Positions 10,230-20,741 of a stretch of 64,000 nucleotides of DNA are shown here, piece after piece. This stretch comes from Methanobacteriota archaeon. GTDB taxonomy: Archaea; Halobacteriota; Bog-38; Methanoflorentales; Methanoflorentaceae. Positions within the stretch are counted from its first letter, which is position 1; the number at the start of each line of letters is the position of its first letter. A model generated the notes under the pieces. It ran no database searches. It was not told the DNA's origin and saw only the letters and a list, made by a program, of their open reading frames with translations. Location: the NCBI GenBank assembly GCA_963719035.1, contig CAVRAO010000012.1, positions 160,001-224,000 of the forward strand, given 5' to 3'. The position numbers and the translations under genes were made by a program.

Positions 10230-11093
10230 ATGAAGAAACTTTTACCAATAGTGTTAGTATCAATGCTCGTCGCAGTTGCGGTTTTTGGAGCAGGATGTAC
10301 ATCTAGCACGAACAACACAGCCAGCGGCGCAAAGCTGCAGCTTGCCGGATCAACGAGCGTTCAGCCTCACGCAGAACTTCTAGCAAAGGCTTTCCAAGCT
10401 AATAACTCGGGCGTACAGGTATTCGTACAAGGCGGCGGATCGTCTGCGGGCGTAACAGCCGTCGGCGAAGGTACTGCTGAGATCGGCATGTCGTCTGCAA
10501 ACTTGTCGACGAGTCAAAAAACCAAGTATCCGGACCTCAAAGCGGTGCCCATTGCCGTTGATGGAATAGCTATTATTGTCAGCCCACAAAACGGCGTCAA
10601 CAATCTGACGATGAATCAGACTCGTGACATCTTCACCGGCAACATAACCAACTGGAACCAGGTCGGCGGATCTGATGCGAAGATAAACGTCGTTAACCGT
10701 GAAGAGGGATCCGGGACCCGTGATGGGATACAAAAGATCGTGTTGAAAGGTGGCAATTTTAGCACCGGAGGAATCACGCAATCTTCAACCGGCGCCGTGA
10801 GATCGTACGTTGCTGGGGATCCAAACGCAATCGGTTATATATCGTACGCTGAGGTAGACAACTCTGTTAAAGCACTCAATATTAACGGCGTTCCTCCGAC
10901 GTATGATACCATAGCCAATGGGACTTACTCGATTCAGCGCAACTTCCTCTTTGTCACGAAGGGAGATCCGACGGGAAATGCAAAGGCCTTTATAGACTAC
11001 ACTCAAAGTCTTGGAGGGCAAGCGATATTGAAGGCGGATAAGCTAATTTCAATCAGCGACGTTTCCGTGACGACGACGACATCAGCAAAGTAA
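10230..11093 (+). CDS. pstS: phosphate ABC transporter substrate-binding lipoprotein
   Basis: Lipobox GAGC; AGSTSV, GGGSSAG, REEGSGTR, NAIGYIS motifs. Confidence 0.96.
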   Translation: MKKLLPIVLVSMLVAVAVFGAGCTSSTNNTASGAKLQLAGSTSVQPHAELLAKAFQANNSGVQVFVQGGGSSAGVTAVGEGTAEIGMSSANLSTSQKTKYPDLKAVPIAVDGIAIIVSPQNGVNNLTMNQTRDIFTGNITNWNQVGGSDAKINVVNREEGSGTRDGIQKIVLKGGNFSTGGITQSSTGAVRSYVAGDPNAIGYISYAEVDNSVKALNINGVPPTYDTIANGTYSIQRNFLFVTKGDPTGNAKAFIDYTQSLGGQAILKADKLISISDVSVTTTTSAK

Positions 11094-11144
11094 ATAAAGA
11101 CCAACCACCGCCAATCACCTCCCCCCTCCTTTTTTTAAGAGGGA

Positions 11145-12059
11145 GTGATCAGCATCAAGCCGAACATAGCAGCGCGTTCGCTTCGCAGATCTGCAACCCG
11201 TGACATTAGAGAACGCACTATAGCGCTGTTTCTGCTATTGTGTGGAATCTCCTCAGTTTTTGCCATTTTTCTCATAATCGCGTTCGTGTTCGCTGCGGGA
11301 TTGCCATTCCTCGTGCAGGCAGGTCCAAGCTTCGTAATATCGAGCGTTTGGCGTCCGACAGACAGCTTCGCTCAAGGACTATGGGGTATCTTTCCGATCA
11401 TCATCGGATCATTGATTGTCACGTTGGGTGCCGTTGCGATTGGCACGCCGCTTGGCGTTGCTTGCGCTATTTTTTTGGCTGAAATCGCTCCTGCTCCAGT
11501 CCGACGCGTGCTCGTGCCCTCAGTAAATGCGTTGGCAGCTGTCCCTTCGGTCGTTTACGGGTTCTTCGGCCTATTAGTGCTCGTGCCCTGGATACGTGAG
11601 CAGTTTGGCGGATTTGGAACTAGTGTCTTCGCTGCGTGGATCATACTCTTTATTATGATCTTGCCGACGATTATCAGTATTTCAACAGATTCTATCCGAG
11701 CGGTGCCTCGGGAGTATAAAGAGGGCAGCCTAGCCATGGGCGCGACGCACTGGCAGACTATAAGGGGTGTCTTGGTTCCCGCAGCGGGTTCAGGAATAAT
11801 AGCGAGTGTCATTCTCGGCATGGGACGAGCCATCGGTGAGACGATGGCAGTGCTTATGGTGGCGGGTAATTCTATAAGCATCCCAACCTCAATATTCGCT
11901 CCAACGAGCACGCTCACTGCACAGATTGCCCTTGAGATGGGATACGCCACCGGCGCGCATCGCGAGGCGCTCTTTGCGATGGGCATCGTGCTTTTTGCGT
12001 TTATTATGCTCCTCACGGGGCTCGCAAACCTAGCAAGCAGGAGGCGCATCAACTACTGA
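11145..12059 (+). CDS. pstC: phosphate ABC transporter permease
   Basis: AVPSVVYGFFG, GMGRAIGETMAVLMV. Confidence 0.96.
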   Translation: MISIKPNIAARSLRRSATRDIRERTIALFLLLCGISSVFAIFLIIAFVFAAGLPFLVQAGPSFVISSVWRPTDSFAQGLWGIFPIIIGSLIVTLGAVAIGTPLGVACAIFLAEIAPAPVRRVLVPSVNALAAVPSVVYGFFGLLVLVPWIREQFGGFGTSVFAAWIILFIMILPTIISISTDSIRAVPREYKEGSLAMGATHWQTIRGVLVPAAGSGIIASVILGMGRAIGETMAVLMVAGNSISIPTSIFAPTSTLTAQIALEMGYATGAHREALFAMGIVLFAFIMLLTGLANLASRRRINY

Positions 12060-12907
12060 TGGAGACGAAACGGAGTGAGCTGGTGCCCATGGCTTTGCTG
12101 TGGGGGGCTGGAATTACAACGCTTGTCATACTTATTATTATATTGGCCTATATACTAGCAAACGGCTTGCCCGTCCTTAGCTGGCACTTCTTGACGGGCG
12201 AGCCTGCGCTTTGGGGGCAAACCGGTGGGGGTATCTATTCCACAATCGTTGCGACGTTAGCGGTCACCGGAGTAAGCCTGCTCGTAGCTGCGCCGCTCAG
12301 CGTTGGAGGGGCCATATATCTTAACGAATATACCAAAGAGACCCCCTTGCGAAAGATAATCCGCCAGGCCGCAGAGATTCTGGCAGGTATACCGTCCATC
12401 ATTGTCGGCCTCTTTGGGTTCCTTTTCTTTGTTATCTACCTGGCGCCGGTTACGGGGGGCTGGTCGATGATCTCGGGTGGACTAACCTTGGCTTTCATGG
12501 TGCTGCCGATATCGCTAAGAACTTCGGAAGAGGCACTCAAAACTGTCCCTGCAGAGCTCCGCGAAGGGAGTCTCGGTCTTGGCGCGACGAAATGGCAGTC
12601 AATAACTACTGTTGTTCTGCCCATCGCGCTGCCAGGAATCGTCACAGGGCTTATCCTCGGAGCCGGACGTGCGGTCGGCGAAACCGCTGCCATTCTCCTT
12701 ACGGCGGGTGGCTCCTTGAACTTGATCCAGAGCCTCCGCGATCCTGGCCGCCCTATGACGCTTAACATCTACAACGTCCTGACTGAGTATCGCGACACTA
12801 CCACTGCCTACGGAACAGCCGCCGTACTGATTATTGCCATCCTTGCCATCACACTTATTACTGACTTTCTAATGAACAACTATACTAAGAAGCTCAAGGG
12901 GCAGTAG
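12059..12907 (+). CDS. pstA: phosphate ABC transporter permease
   Basis: [27 protein letters not shown]; TGATG coupling to pstC. Confidence 0.96.
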   Translation: METKRSELVPMALLWGAGITTLVILIIILAYILANGLPVLSWHFLTGEPALWGQTGGGIYSTIVATLAVTGVSLLVAAPLSVGGAIYLNEYTKETPLRKIIRQAAEILAGIPSIIVGLFGFLFFVIYLAPVTGGWSMISGGLTLAFMVLPISLRTSEEALKTVPAELREGSLGLGATKWQSITTVVLPIALPGIVTGLILGAGRAVGETAAILLTAGGSLNLIQSLRDPGRPMTLNIYNVLTEYRDTTTAYGTAAVLIIAILAITLITDFLMNNYTKKLKGQ

Positions 12908-12912
12908 AGGAG

Positions 12913-13674
12913 ATGAATAACGCCATAGAAATCAGCGTTAAGAACCTAAACCTCTGGTTCGGCAAGTTCCAAGCGCTAAAGAACGTTAGCATCGACATCC
13001 CAAAGAATCAGGTGACAGCTCTCATTGGCCCCTCTGGGTGTGGAAAGTCGACCTTTATCAAAACGCTTGATAGAATGAACGATCTAGTAGACAATGTCAA
13101 AATTACAGGCGAGGTGCTTTACCAAGGCGCGAACATCCTCAATTCAGATACAGATGTTGTTGAGCTGCGCAAGCAGATCGGAATGGTGTTTCAGAAGCCC
13201 AATCCGTTTCCGAAGTCTGTCTTCGATAACGTCGCTTACGGCCCTAAGGTGCACGGGGTTCGAAAAAAGCATAATCTGAACGAAGTTGTGGAACGCAGTC
13301 TAAAAGCAGCTGCACTCTGGGACGAAGTAAAAGATCGATTGAGCGAATCCGCGCTGAGGCTATCAGGCGGTCAGCAGCAGCGGCTCTGTATCGCACGACT
13401 ACTCGCTGTCGAACCTGAAGTCCTCCTCATGGATGAGCCCGCTTCCGCGCTCGATCCGATTGCCACGGCGAAGATCGAGGATCTGATATATGACCTCAAA
13501 AAGGATTATACAATTATTATTGTCACTCACAACATGCAGCAAGCAGCGCGCGTCGCTTCAAATACTGCTTTTTTTTACCTAGGCGAGCTCATAGAATATG
13601 CCTCTACGATAGATTTATTTGAACGGCCTCAAGATAAGAGAACAGAGGACTACGTAACCGGAAAGTTTGGATAA
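12913..13674 (+). CDS. pstB: phosphate ABC transporter ATPase
   Basis: [46 protein letters not shown]. Confidence 0.98.
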   Translation: MNNAIEISVKNLNLWFGKFQALKNVSIDIPKNQVTALIGPSGCGKSTFIKTLDRMNDLVDNVKITGEVLYQGANILNSDTDVVELRKQIGMVFQKPNPFPKSVFDNVAYGPKVHGVRKKHNLNEVVERSLKAAALWDEVKDRLSESALRLSGGQQQRLCIARLLAVEPEVLLMDEPASALDPIATAKIEDLIYDLKKDYTIIIVTHNMQQAARVASNTAFFYLGELIEYASTIDLFERPQDKRTEDYVTGKFG

Positions 13675-13686
13675 GATACGATAGAT

Positions 13687-14352
13687 ATGGCTAGGAAGCG
13701 TTACGTTAGAAAGTTGAAAGAGTTGCGGCAAAACGTCATAGATATGGGTGCCGTGACGGTGCAATCAGTTGAGAATGTGGTTGCTGCACTTGAGACGAGT
13801 GATACAGCGCTTGCTGAGCGTGTAATAGCGGACGACGACGACATAGACAATTACGACAGAAAGATTGAGTCGCAGAGCATGACACTTCTCGCATTAGAAC
13901 AGCCGATGGCAAAAGACCTCAGAATAATTGCCACCTCGTTAAAGATGATCACTGATTTAGAGCGCATCGGTGATTTCGTCGTCGATATAGCCGAAGAGGT
14001 CGTCGCTATGGCAAAACCCATTCATATACCCGTTTCCGCAACGAAATTCAACGAGCTCGTCGCTGAAGTCAAGTCGATGGTCGCTGATAGCATCGAAACG
14101 TATGCGGAAGGCAACGTTCAAAGGGCACGCAGCTTTGAGGGGCGCGACGACAGAATTGACTTTCTGTACAAACACATCGTTGAAAACATGGTTAAAGCGC
14201 TGGCACAAGGCCAATGTTCGACGGAAACCGTTGCTGACGTGGCAAGCCTGTTATACATTATTCGATACCTTGAGCGCATCGCAGATCATGCGGTCAACAT
14301 TGGCAATCGTGTCTGTTACATGGAAGAAGGCGACCGACGCTACTTGAAATAG
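13687..14352 (+). CDS. phoU: phosphate signalling complex protein PhoU
   Basis: DDDID, QPMAKDLR, DLERIGD, YLERIADHAVNI. Confidence 0.96.
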   Translation: MARKRYVRKLKELRQNVIDMGAVTVQSVENVVAALETSDTALAERVIADDDDIDNYDRKIESQSMTLLALEQPMAKDLRIIATSLKMITDLERIGDFVVDIAEEVVAMAKPIHIPVSATKFNELVAEVKSMVADSIETYAEGNVQRARSFEGRDDRIDFLYKHIVENMVKALAQGQCSTETVADVASLLYIIRYLERIADHAVNIGNRVCYMEEGDRRYLK

Positions 14353-14633
14353 TAAACTTCTTGCATAACGCTAACCTCAAGGCGTTGTTTGGTCACGGGC
14401 GCGATCATACCGCTCTCGCGACCACCTCGTCTGTCCTCACGCCGACATTGTAGGACATTTTTTCAAAAATACCTCGATCGGAGTTTGATGGTGTTACTTA
14501 CAGTTGCGTCGGCGTGGAGCGCACGAATCATCACTTTAGAAGGGGCAAGATCCACGCTAAGATGGCGACAACGCAATATGTTAAGGCGTCTAGTTAGTAG
14601 AAAAGGAAGAAATTCGCAGAAAGGAGGTATCAC

Positions 14634-15587
14634 ATGGGTTTTTCATCGACCACAATAAGAGCTCCGTTAGACGTTCCCCAAGAGATGCGGACTGAATATG
14701 TAAAAAATTTGTTTAGTATTACCCGGGGAAGCGGCCGTCTGATGTTGTTTGCGGGAGATCAGAAGATAGAACACTTAAATGATGATTTCTATGGCCCTGG
14801 AATCTCGCCTGAGGACAACGATCCTGAACACCTATTTCGCATCGCGAGCAGCGCTGAAATCGGGTGTTTTGCGACCCAACTGGGCTTGCTTGCTCGCTAT
14901 GGTGAGGATTATCCGCACGTTAACTACCTCGTCAAACTTAATTCCAAGACGAATGTTATAAAGACGGAACAGGCAGAGCCTTTGAGTGGCGCGTTTTATT
15001 CATTGGCCCAAGTCGATGAGTTTCGGCAGCATTCGTCCTTAAGCATTCCTGCCGTCGGATATACGATTTACGCGGGAAGTGAACACGAAGCGCAGATGTT
15101 GCGAGAGGCGGCCCAGGTTATCTACGGGGCCCACAAACGTGGGATGATCGTGGTTGTTTGGATCTATCCCCGTGGCGCGGCCGTAAACGATGAGCACGAC
15201 CCACATCTCATTGCCGGAGCAGCTGGATTGGGCTGCACCCTCGGCGCTGATTTTGTGAAAGTAAACTATCCAAAGAAAGACGGCGTTGATTCCAAAGAGG
15301 CCCTCAAGGAGGCCGTACAGGCCGCAGGAAGGTGTAAAGTACTGTGCGCCGGGGGCTCAAGCGTTGACGTTAAGCTCTTTCTCGAGCGTCTTTGGGAGCA
15401 GATATTCGTAAGCGGCGCCGGCGGCAATGCGACAGGTAGGAACATCCACCAGAAGCGGCTTAAAGAAGCCATTCAAATGTGCAATGCAATCTCAGCCATC
15501 GTCGTAAACGGGGCAGGCGCAGAAGAAGCACTGGACATCTATACGGGAAGAAAAGAGTTTAAAGTGAAAGACTATACCATGCCGTGA
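14634..15587 (+). CDS. class I (DhnA-family) fructose-bisphosphate aldolase
   Basis: AGDQKIEH, WIYPRG, LGADFVKVNYP (Schiff-base Lys), TGRNIHQ. Confidence 0.88.
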   Translation: MGFSSTTIRAPLDVPQEMRTEYVKNLFSITRGSGRLMLFAGDQKIEHLNDDFYGPGISPEDNDPEHLFRIASSAEIGCFATQLGLLARYGEDYPHVNYLVKLNSKTNVIKTEQAEPLSGAFYSLAQVDEFRQHSSLSIPAVGYTIYAGSEHEAQMLREAAQVIYGAHKRGMIVVVWIYPRGAAVNDEHDPHLIAGAAGLGCTLGADFVKVNYPKKDGVDSKEALKEAVQAAGRCKVLCAGGSSVDVKLFLERLWEQIFVSGAGGNATGRNIHQKRLKEAIQMCNAISAIVVNGAGAEEALDIYTGRKEFKVKDYTMP

Positions 15588-15647
15588 ATCGATGTTGCGT
15601 CTTGGATGACGCCGCATGCGTTATCTTTCCACGAATAGAAGGGAGCC

Positions 15648-16574
15648 ATGATATACACGATCACGCTGAATCCTGCGCTTGACCGTATCCTCACTGTTGA
15701 GTCTATTGAGTATCATAACCCTAATCGGGTGGACGGCGATGAGCGATATGCAGGCGGCAAAGGCATCGACGTTTCCAAAGCGCTCACCCGGCTTGGCGTG
15801 GACAATAAAGCAATAGGCTTTTCTGGTGGGTTCACTGGGCAGGAGCTCGAAGGATCCCTTTTCAATCTCGGAGTAAACTGCGAGTTTGTCAGAATCTCTG
15901 CCGAAACCCGCACCAACGTGTATATTCACGAGAAAGCACGAAACCGGCAGATCTCGTTCAACCTGCGCGGGCCTTTGATCCAGTCCTTCGAGCTTATGGA
16001 ATTGATCGACGTCATCAAAGGTTTCAAGGATGCTAATTACATTATCCTCAGCGGCAGTATTCCCCCTGGGGTCAATCCGATCATTTATGAAAAAATCGTA
16101 GAGATCGCAAAGGCCAAAGGGGCGAAGGTCGTTCTCGATTCTGACGATGAGCCTTTCAAGGCAGGTTTGAGGGCGAAACCCCATATTATCAAGCCGAATG
16201 TTCGCGAGCTTGAACGACTGATGGCTAGGCAGCTCAAAGACATCGGTGCGGTCGTCGACGCCGCCGTGGAGGTGCACGAACGAGGCATCGATGTTGTCCT
16301 CGTTTCAATGGGTGCGAAAGGCGTGCTGCTCGTGACTAAAGATGAACGCTGGATGGCGCGCCCGCCACGAGTAACTGTTGTGAATACCATCGGCGCCGGA
16401 GATTCGGCCGTTGCCGGGTTTGTTCACAGCTTGGTCTTGGGCGAGAGCTGCAAGGAGGCAGTAAAGCGGGCGGCAGCGACCGGAACAGCGGCAACTCTTA
16501 TCAATGACGTTTCAATAACCCAAGAAAGCGTAGACGCGATTCTTGCGCAAGTAAAGGTCCGCCGGGCCACTTAG
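15648..16574 (+). CDS. 1-phosphofructokinase-family (PfkB) sugar kinase
   Basis: TITLNPALD, GGKGIDVS, IKPNVRE, NTIGAGDS. Confidence 0.92.
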   Translation: MIYTITLNPALDRILTVESIEYHNPNRVDGDERYAGGKGIDVSKALTRLGVDNKAIGFSGGFTGQELEGSLFNLGVNCEFVRISAETRTNVYIHEKARNRQISFNLRGPLIQSFELMELIDVIKGFKDANYIILSGSIPPGVNPIIYEKIVEIAKAKGAKVVLDSDDEPFKAGLRAKPHIIKPNVRELERLMARQLKDIGAVVDAAVEVHERGIDVVLVSMGAKGVLLVTKDERWMARPPRVTVVNTIGAGDSAVAGFVHSLVLGESCKEAVKRAAATGTAATLINDVSITQESVDAILAQVKVRRAT

Positions 16575-16592
16575 AGGGTGTGCGCTCCGCCA

Positions 16593-17366
16593 CTATCGAT
16601 TTCGATAGGCGTTGATTTCATTTCGGAAATGTGCCGCCACCTTATGAGGTGATTGCGCGAAAATTATGTCCCTCGAAATGGCGATGATGCCCATACGCCC
16701 GTCAGCGTTAGTTCCGCTTGTAACTGCAGTCTGGAGGTCACCGCCTTGTGATCCAACGCCCGGGATGAGGAGTGGGGTACCCTCACCTACAAGACCGCGT
16801 ATTGTTTTTAGCTCGCTTCCTTGGGTGGCTCCTACGACGAAGCCGAGATTGCCGTATATGTTCCATCCCAGAGCTTTCTTAGCTACGACCTGATAGAGCG
16901 GCTCTGAACATGTCAGGTCCTGTATTTCCGTCGCGCCGACGTTAGATGTCTTGCAAAGAACAAAGACGCCCTTGTTGCGCCGCTCGAGGAAGGGTTCTAT
17001 TGCGTCGAGTCCCATGTAGGGGCTGACAGTGACGGCGTCACCGCCTATGATCTCGTAGATGTATTTGGCGTAAGCCTTTGATGAGTGTGCCACGTCAGCC
17101 CGTTTTGCATCGACTATGACCGGCACTCGCACGAACTCTTTAATGTACTGCACCGTTTTAATCAGGGCTTCTATGCCGGAGGGTCCGCGTGCTTCGTAGA
17201 ACGCCGTATTCACCTTATAACAGCACACTAAATCGAGCGTGGCGCTTATGATACGTTGATTAAAATCAAACGTATCACTTACCGTGCCGTCAGGGTCTAG
17301 GCCTACGCATAGCCAGCTGTTGTTCTGACGTGCCGTTTTTTCTAAGTCTCGTAAAAAAGCCACCAT
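16593..17366 (-). CDS. pyrF: orotidine-5'-phosphate decarboxylase
   Basis: LCVGLDP, DAKRADV, VSPYMG, LIPGVGSQGG. Confidence 0.95.
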   Translation of the reverse strand: MVAFLRDLEKTARQNNSWLCVGLDPDGTVSDTFDFNQRIISATLDLVCCYKVNTAFYEARGPSGIEALIKTVQYIKEFVRVPVIVDAKRADVAHSSKAYAKYIYEIIGGDAVTVSPYMGLDAIEPFLERRNKGVFVLCKTSNVGATEIQDLTCSEPLYQVVAKKALGWNIYGNLGFVVGATQGSELKTIRGLVGEGTPLLIPGVGSQGGDLQTAVTSGTNADGRMGIIAISRDIIFAQSPHKVAAHFRNEINAYRNR

Positions 17367-17428
17367 TATTGTTCTATCCTGAGCTTAGTGAATATACACA
17401 TCCCTCTGTTTACTGCTTATGTTGCCTT

Positions 17429-18766
17429 TTAACCACTGCTCGCGACACTGACGTCAGTTACGCGAATCGTTGGCGTCGTCAATCCAAAGTACGTCTTGGC
17501 ATCTCGACTCAGCCCATCGATCTGCTTCAGCAAATCGAGGACGTTGATTCCTATGTTCGTTTGTTTCAGAGCGTGTTTGCGTTCGCCGTTTTCGATGGAA
17601 TATCCCGCGTACACCATACCGGAGAACTCCCCTGTACTCATGTTCGGGTGATCGCCTGTTGCGCGGACATAGATACCACGTCGCACGTCCTTAATAACAT
17701 CAGCCTCGTGACCATTTGCGATTATTAGATTTGTCGAAGAAATTGAAGGCGGTTGTCGATAGTCTCCCCGAGAGGCGTTTCCTGTGCTCATCTTGTCTTC
17801 TTTGTTTGCAGTATAACTGTCGTATAGATATGAACATAAGACGCCATTTTCGATGAGGGGGGTCCGCTGTGATGGCACGCCTTCCGCATCAAACGGGCTC
17901 GTCTCAAAACCGCCCTTTAGGAGCCCATCATCAACGAGCGTGAAACCGTTTATAGTGATCTGTTCGCCGATTTTTCCCGTAAGGAACGACCGATCTCGTT
18001 GTGCATCATCGGCGCTCACGGCTGTAGCAGCGGCGATAACCGGTCCCACAGCAAGTGGGTCAAAAACGACCGGCATCTTGCCCGATTGAATCGGCTGTGG
18101 ATTCATGCTACTCAGTGCCATCTCTCCTGCGGTACGCCCGACTAACTCGATGTCTAAATCGAGGCGCCGAGACGCAGCATACTCGAAGCCATTCCCACTG
18201 GCGTCTCTCTCGTGTGCAACAACGTCCACGTCGATTGCCGCTTGCGTCCCACTGTCTGTCCCTACCACCCCGAGCGTATTTGCGATGGCATCACTAAACA
18301 GTCCGACTGATGCACCAGAATTGATGATGTCGACGCGCTTATCAATGCGGGAAGCGTCGGCTACGTCAATGGCAAACTGCACTACGGTTGCGACATCGAG
18401 AGATGCGATTGTACGATCCCAAGTGTCGGACACAGTTGGGTAGCTCTCGGGGAGCGAAAGAGACTTAAAATCCTTATCAGGGCTCCCCGCGCGTGCTGCC
18501 GAGATCGCCTTTTCGACAGCGAATTCAACCCGTTCGAGAGATGCGTGCGCGTAGCCCATGCTGCCCTTCTTAAAGACCCGAACGCCAATGCCACACTCGA
18601 AGCCGCTTTGACTCGATTTGATATGTCCTTTTTCGAGCTCTGCGCTAATAGAGTTCGAATGGGTGGCGAACGCCTCTCCTTGATAGATTGATGTGTCTAT
18701 GAGCGCCAATGCCTGGATACAAGCGTCGAGGAGCGCGCTCTCTCGCTCAGCGGCTGTGGTCGTCAC
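17429..18766 (-). CDS. pmbA: TldE/PmbA family protein
   Basis: FDAEGVP, STGNASRG; lacks HExxGH; adjacent to tldD. Confidence 0.88.
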   Translation of the reverse strand: MTTTAAERESALLDACIQALALIDTSIYQGEAFATHSNSISAELEKGHIKSSQSGFECGIGVRVFKKGSMGYAHASLERVEFAVEKAISAARAGSPDKDFKSLSLPESYPTVSDTWDRTIASLDVATVVQFAIDVADASRIDKRVDIINSGASVGLFSDAIANTLGVVGTDSGTQAAIDVDVVAHERDASGNGFEYAASRRLDLDIELVGRTAGEMALSSMNPQPIQSGKMPVVFDPLAVGPVIAAATAVSADDAQRDRSFLTGKIGEQITINGFTLVDDGLLKGGFETSPFDAEGVPSQRTPLIENGVLCSYLYDSYTANKEDKMSTGNASRGDYRQPPSISSTNLIIANGHEADVIKDVRRGIYVRATGDHPNMSTGEFSGMVYAGYSIENGERKHALKQTNIGINVLDLLKQIDGLSRDAKTYFGLTTPTIRVTDVSVASSG

Positions 18767-20152
18767 CTATATCCCCCCGACGACAACATTGCTGACCCGC
18801 ATATAGGCCCCACCTGTGGTGTTCGGAGTCATTTGTCCGCCTTTTCCGCACGTTCCGGGCTCGAACGTCAAAGTTTGTCCTATGGCGCTGATATTATGAA
18901 GAACCTCGAGAGTCATCGCGCTCAGTGCGGCGTCTCTCAAATGATCCTGTAGTTCGCCGTGTTCGACGACGTACGCCTCTCTGCTTTTAAACGTTAGCAT
19001 CCCTGTTGTAGGAGTTGTGTAGCCATATTGCCAACCGACAAAGTATATCCCACTAAACCCGTCGAGTAGTTCCTCGAACGTATAGCCCCCAGGCTCAAAG
19101 AAGGTGTTACTCATCCGAACGATGGGCGGATCGTCATATCGCTGGGCACGCGCGCTACCGTTCGATCCTAAGCCAAGGCGCGACCCAGTCTCGACATCCG
19201 TGAGGTAGCTCTGTAGAATCCCGCGCTCCATAAGCATCTTCCGCCGCGTCCGTACACCCTCATCATCGTAGGCCAAGTAGCCATAGCTCTGCAAACTCGG
19301 ATCGTCAACAATCGTAACCGCATCAGAGCCAATCCTCTGCGTAAGCTTGCCGGCGAGGATGGACGTACCCGAAATGATCGCATCAGCTTCGGCAGCATGT
19401 CCGAATGCCTCGTGTGCAAAAACACCTGACAGCGACGGATCGAGCATGGCTTCGAACTGTCCAGATGGTGCCGGTTTTGCATCGAGAAGCGAAACTGCCT
19501 GTGATGCTGCAATTCGACCGATGTCCGCGTCGTTTGAAAACAGCTCAAATCCCTTTGAGTCGCCTCTCGCCTTATAGCCAGATTGCCGAAGTGCGCCTTC
19601 TTTGGCGAAGATCATGGCACGCGCGATCGATCGTACCACGGTCTCATCGATGTAAGTTCCCTCAGAATTTGCGATTACCTTCCGCAGCACAAGGTCACTG
19701 TAGCCGATCTCTGTACTGTTGACGCGGTCATCTGTTTCTTTAGCTTCTTGCTCTTGGTGGAGCACATAGTTGAGCTTGTCTGCGATCGAGACGTGGGTCG
19801 GTAGCCGCTGTACGGTTGGTGTCACAGTGTCTTCAAACACCGGCACATCGATTGAAAACTTTTCAGCGCGCGCAAATACAGCTTTAGCTAGACTAACTGC
19901 GCGTTCAGCGCAGTTTACCAGCCCTTTTCGATCCACTTGTGTGGTATACGCAAACCCCCACGCGCCGTCTAAAAAAGCTCTTATTCCAGCTCCGAGCTCA
20001 TTAGAGCTTTTTATCTTCGTAATTCCGTCTTTCGTTGAGATGGATGTGCCTTCGGAGCTTTCGAGTCTAATATCGGCAAATTGGGCCCCACGAGCACGTG
20101 CATTGCTGAGGGCGTCTTCAACGTCTGCCCGCTTTTCGCTTAGTTCTTGCAT
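18767..20152 (-). CDS. tldD: TldD metalloprotease
   Basis: HEAFGHAAEAD, YDDEG, RMSNTF, CGKGGQ. Confidence 0.93.
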   Translation of the reverse strand: MQELSEKRADVEDALSNARARGAQFADIRLESSEGTSISTKDGITKIKSSNELGAGIRAFLDGAWGFAYTTQVDRKGLVNCAERAVSLAKAVFARAEKFSIDVPVFEDTVTPTVQRLPTHVSIADKLNYVLHQEQEAKETDDRVNSTEIGYSDLVLRKVIANSEGTYIDETVVRSIARAMIFAKEGALRQSGYKARGDSKGFELFSNDADIGRIAASQAVSLLDAKPAPSGQFEAMLDPSLSGVFAHEAFGHAAEADAIISGTSILAGKLTQRIGSDAVTIVDDPSLQSYGYLAYDDEGVRTRRKMLMERGILQSYLTDVETGSRLGLGSNGSARAQRYDDPPIVRMSNTFFEPGGYTFEELLDGFSGIYFVGWQYGYTTPTTGMLTFKSREAYVVEHGELQDHLRDAALSAMTLEVLHNISAIGQTLTFEPGTCGKGGQMTPNTTGGAYMRVSNVVVGGI

Positions 20153-20369
20153 CAGCGATTACATCTCCGTACGACTAACATTGAGCTTGGATAAATGGTT
20201 TTCCACGAGACGTTAGGCCCGCCAATGTCATCTCTAAGCCTTAGCCCTCGATTCTCAGCACGCTGCTCAGATCTATTAATCAAGGCACCGTGGACGCGTA
20301 GTTTATAAAGACTAACGTCTACCTGATTACAGGAAACAAAGCTGGTCAAACGTCAAACGAGGTGTTTAT

Positions 20370-20654
20370 CTGATCCAAGAACAACCGAGTAAGGTAAGAT
20401 TGCCTAGAAAAAATAGCAACGAAATCTTTGGGACGGTCGAAAAGATGCTCGGTGGAAGCCGAATTACAGTTCGTTCTCAAGACGGAAAAACTCGCATGGG
20501 GCGAATTCCCGGGAAAATGAAAAGGAGAGTGTGGCTCCGTGTGGGCGATGTAATTATTATCAGACCGTGGAGCATCCAAGATGAAAAGGCGGACGTTGTG
20601 TGGCGGTATCTTCCCCCACAAGCTGACTGGTTGAGAAGAAAAGGATACATTTAA
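20370..20654 (+). CDS. eif1A: archaeal translation initiation factor aIF-1A (probable CTG start)
   Basis: KVRLPRK...MLGGSR...RIPGKMKRRVWLRVGD...PW...KADVVWRY...WLRRKG; GAGGTG SD 5 nt before CTG at 20370. Confidence 0.93.
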   Translation: MIQEQPSKVRLPRKNSNEIFGTVEKMLGGSRITVRSQDGKTRMGRIPGKMKRRVWLRVGDVIIIRPWSIQDEKADVVWRYLPPQADWLRRKGYI

Positions 20655-20741
20655 CCGCTCTACACGTTCCTACGCATATCTTTTTATTCTTGAATTGTTT
20701 TTCGTTGAGTTTTTGTTTGGAGCTATGACGTTAACTTAGCA

